Positions 63,755-64,000 of a stretch of DNA of 64,000 nt are shown here, one piece after another; position 1 is the first letter of the stretch; each line of letters starts with the position of its first letter. The notes beneath the pieces were generated by a model. The model was not told the origin of the DNA. It saw only the letters and a list, made by a program, of their open reading frames with translations, and ran no database searches. The stretch comes from Piedraia hortae CBS 480.64. Taxonomy: Eukaryota. Location: contig MU005974.1 in the NCBI GenBank assembly GCA_010093745.1, positions 1 to 64,000 on the forward strand. Direction: 5' to 3'. The translations under genes were made by a program, and so were the position numbers.

Positions 63755-64000
63755 ATGTCCCAATTGATTAGACGCTTGCGGTCGAAGCGGAACTCTCAGA
63801 CCTCGAGTTTACAAGTTTCCACATCACAGGGACCAGCTTTCACTTCCCAGCTTTCACAACATTTGCAGTTACACAATGTGCCTGTTCAGACTCAAGCTAC
63901 CATGGTAGCGTCAAGAAACCCCTTTCAAAACAGGGACCAGTTAATGCTTGATGTCCTTGCCGCTCTTAAGCCTGACGATCGCAAGTTCGTTAAGGAGCAA
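63755..64000 (+). CDS. 5' end of another NLR paralogue (runs off the window)
   Basis: 82 open codons MSQLIRRLRSKRNSQTSS..HNVPVQTQ..RNPFQNRDQLMLDVLAALKPDDRKFVKEQ, homologous to the N-termini at 35755 and 57496. Confidence 0.8.
   Translation, partial: MSQLIRRLRSKRNSQTSSLQVSTSQGPAFTSQLSQHLQLHNVPVQTQATMVASRNPFQNRDQLMLDVLAALKPDDRKFVKEQ

Overview
Eukaryotic (ascomycete, probably dothideomycete-like; species not determinable from sequence alone) genomic DNA with very compact organisation (introns 44-57 nt, intergenic gaps often under 200 bp). Two dense housekeeping blocks (about 3.5-30 kb: MFS, CYC2-like, PMC1, ECI1, PET100, Rab2-like, CHS7-family, LOG, sugar porter, CDC50, PEX16, RPN8, SWIM protein, PMT2, ATG8; about 43.4-51.9 kb: CENP-C, TBCB, INO1, Myb TF, Hook) alternate with gene-poor accessory islands (0-3.4, 30.2-43.2 and 52-64 kb). 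The islands contain four copies of a fungal NLR family (helical N-terminus + NACHT + WD40) at different stages of decay, three copies of one solo-LTR family (two inverted, with a swapped target-site duplication that suggests an LTR-mediated inversion), pogo and hAT transposase relics, and four relics of an unrecognised intron-containing gene family, three of which lie close to NLR copies. The most interesting signals are a probable CUG start with overlapping uORFs in the Myb gene, an AUG-less N-terminal extension of the sugar porter, an otherwise intact NLR broken by one TAG, an Atg8 ending directly in its lipidation glycine, and the LTR inversion. All family assignments are from motif recognition; no database search was run.
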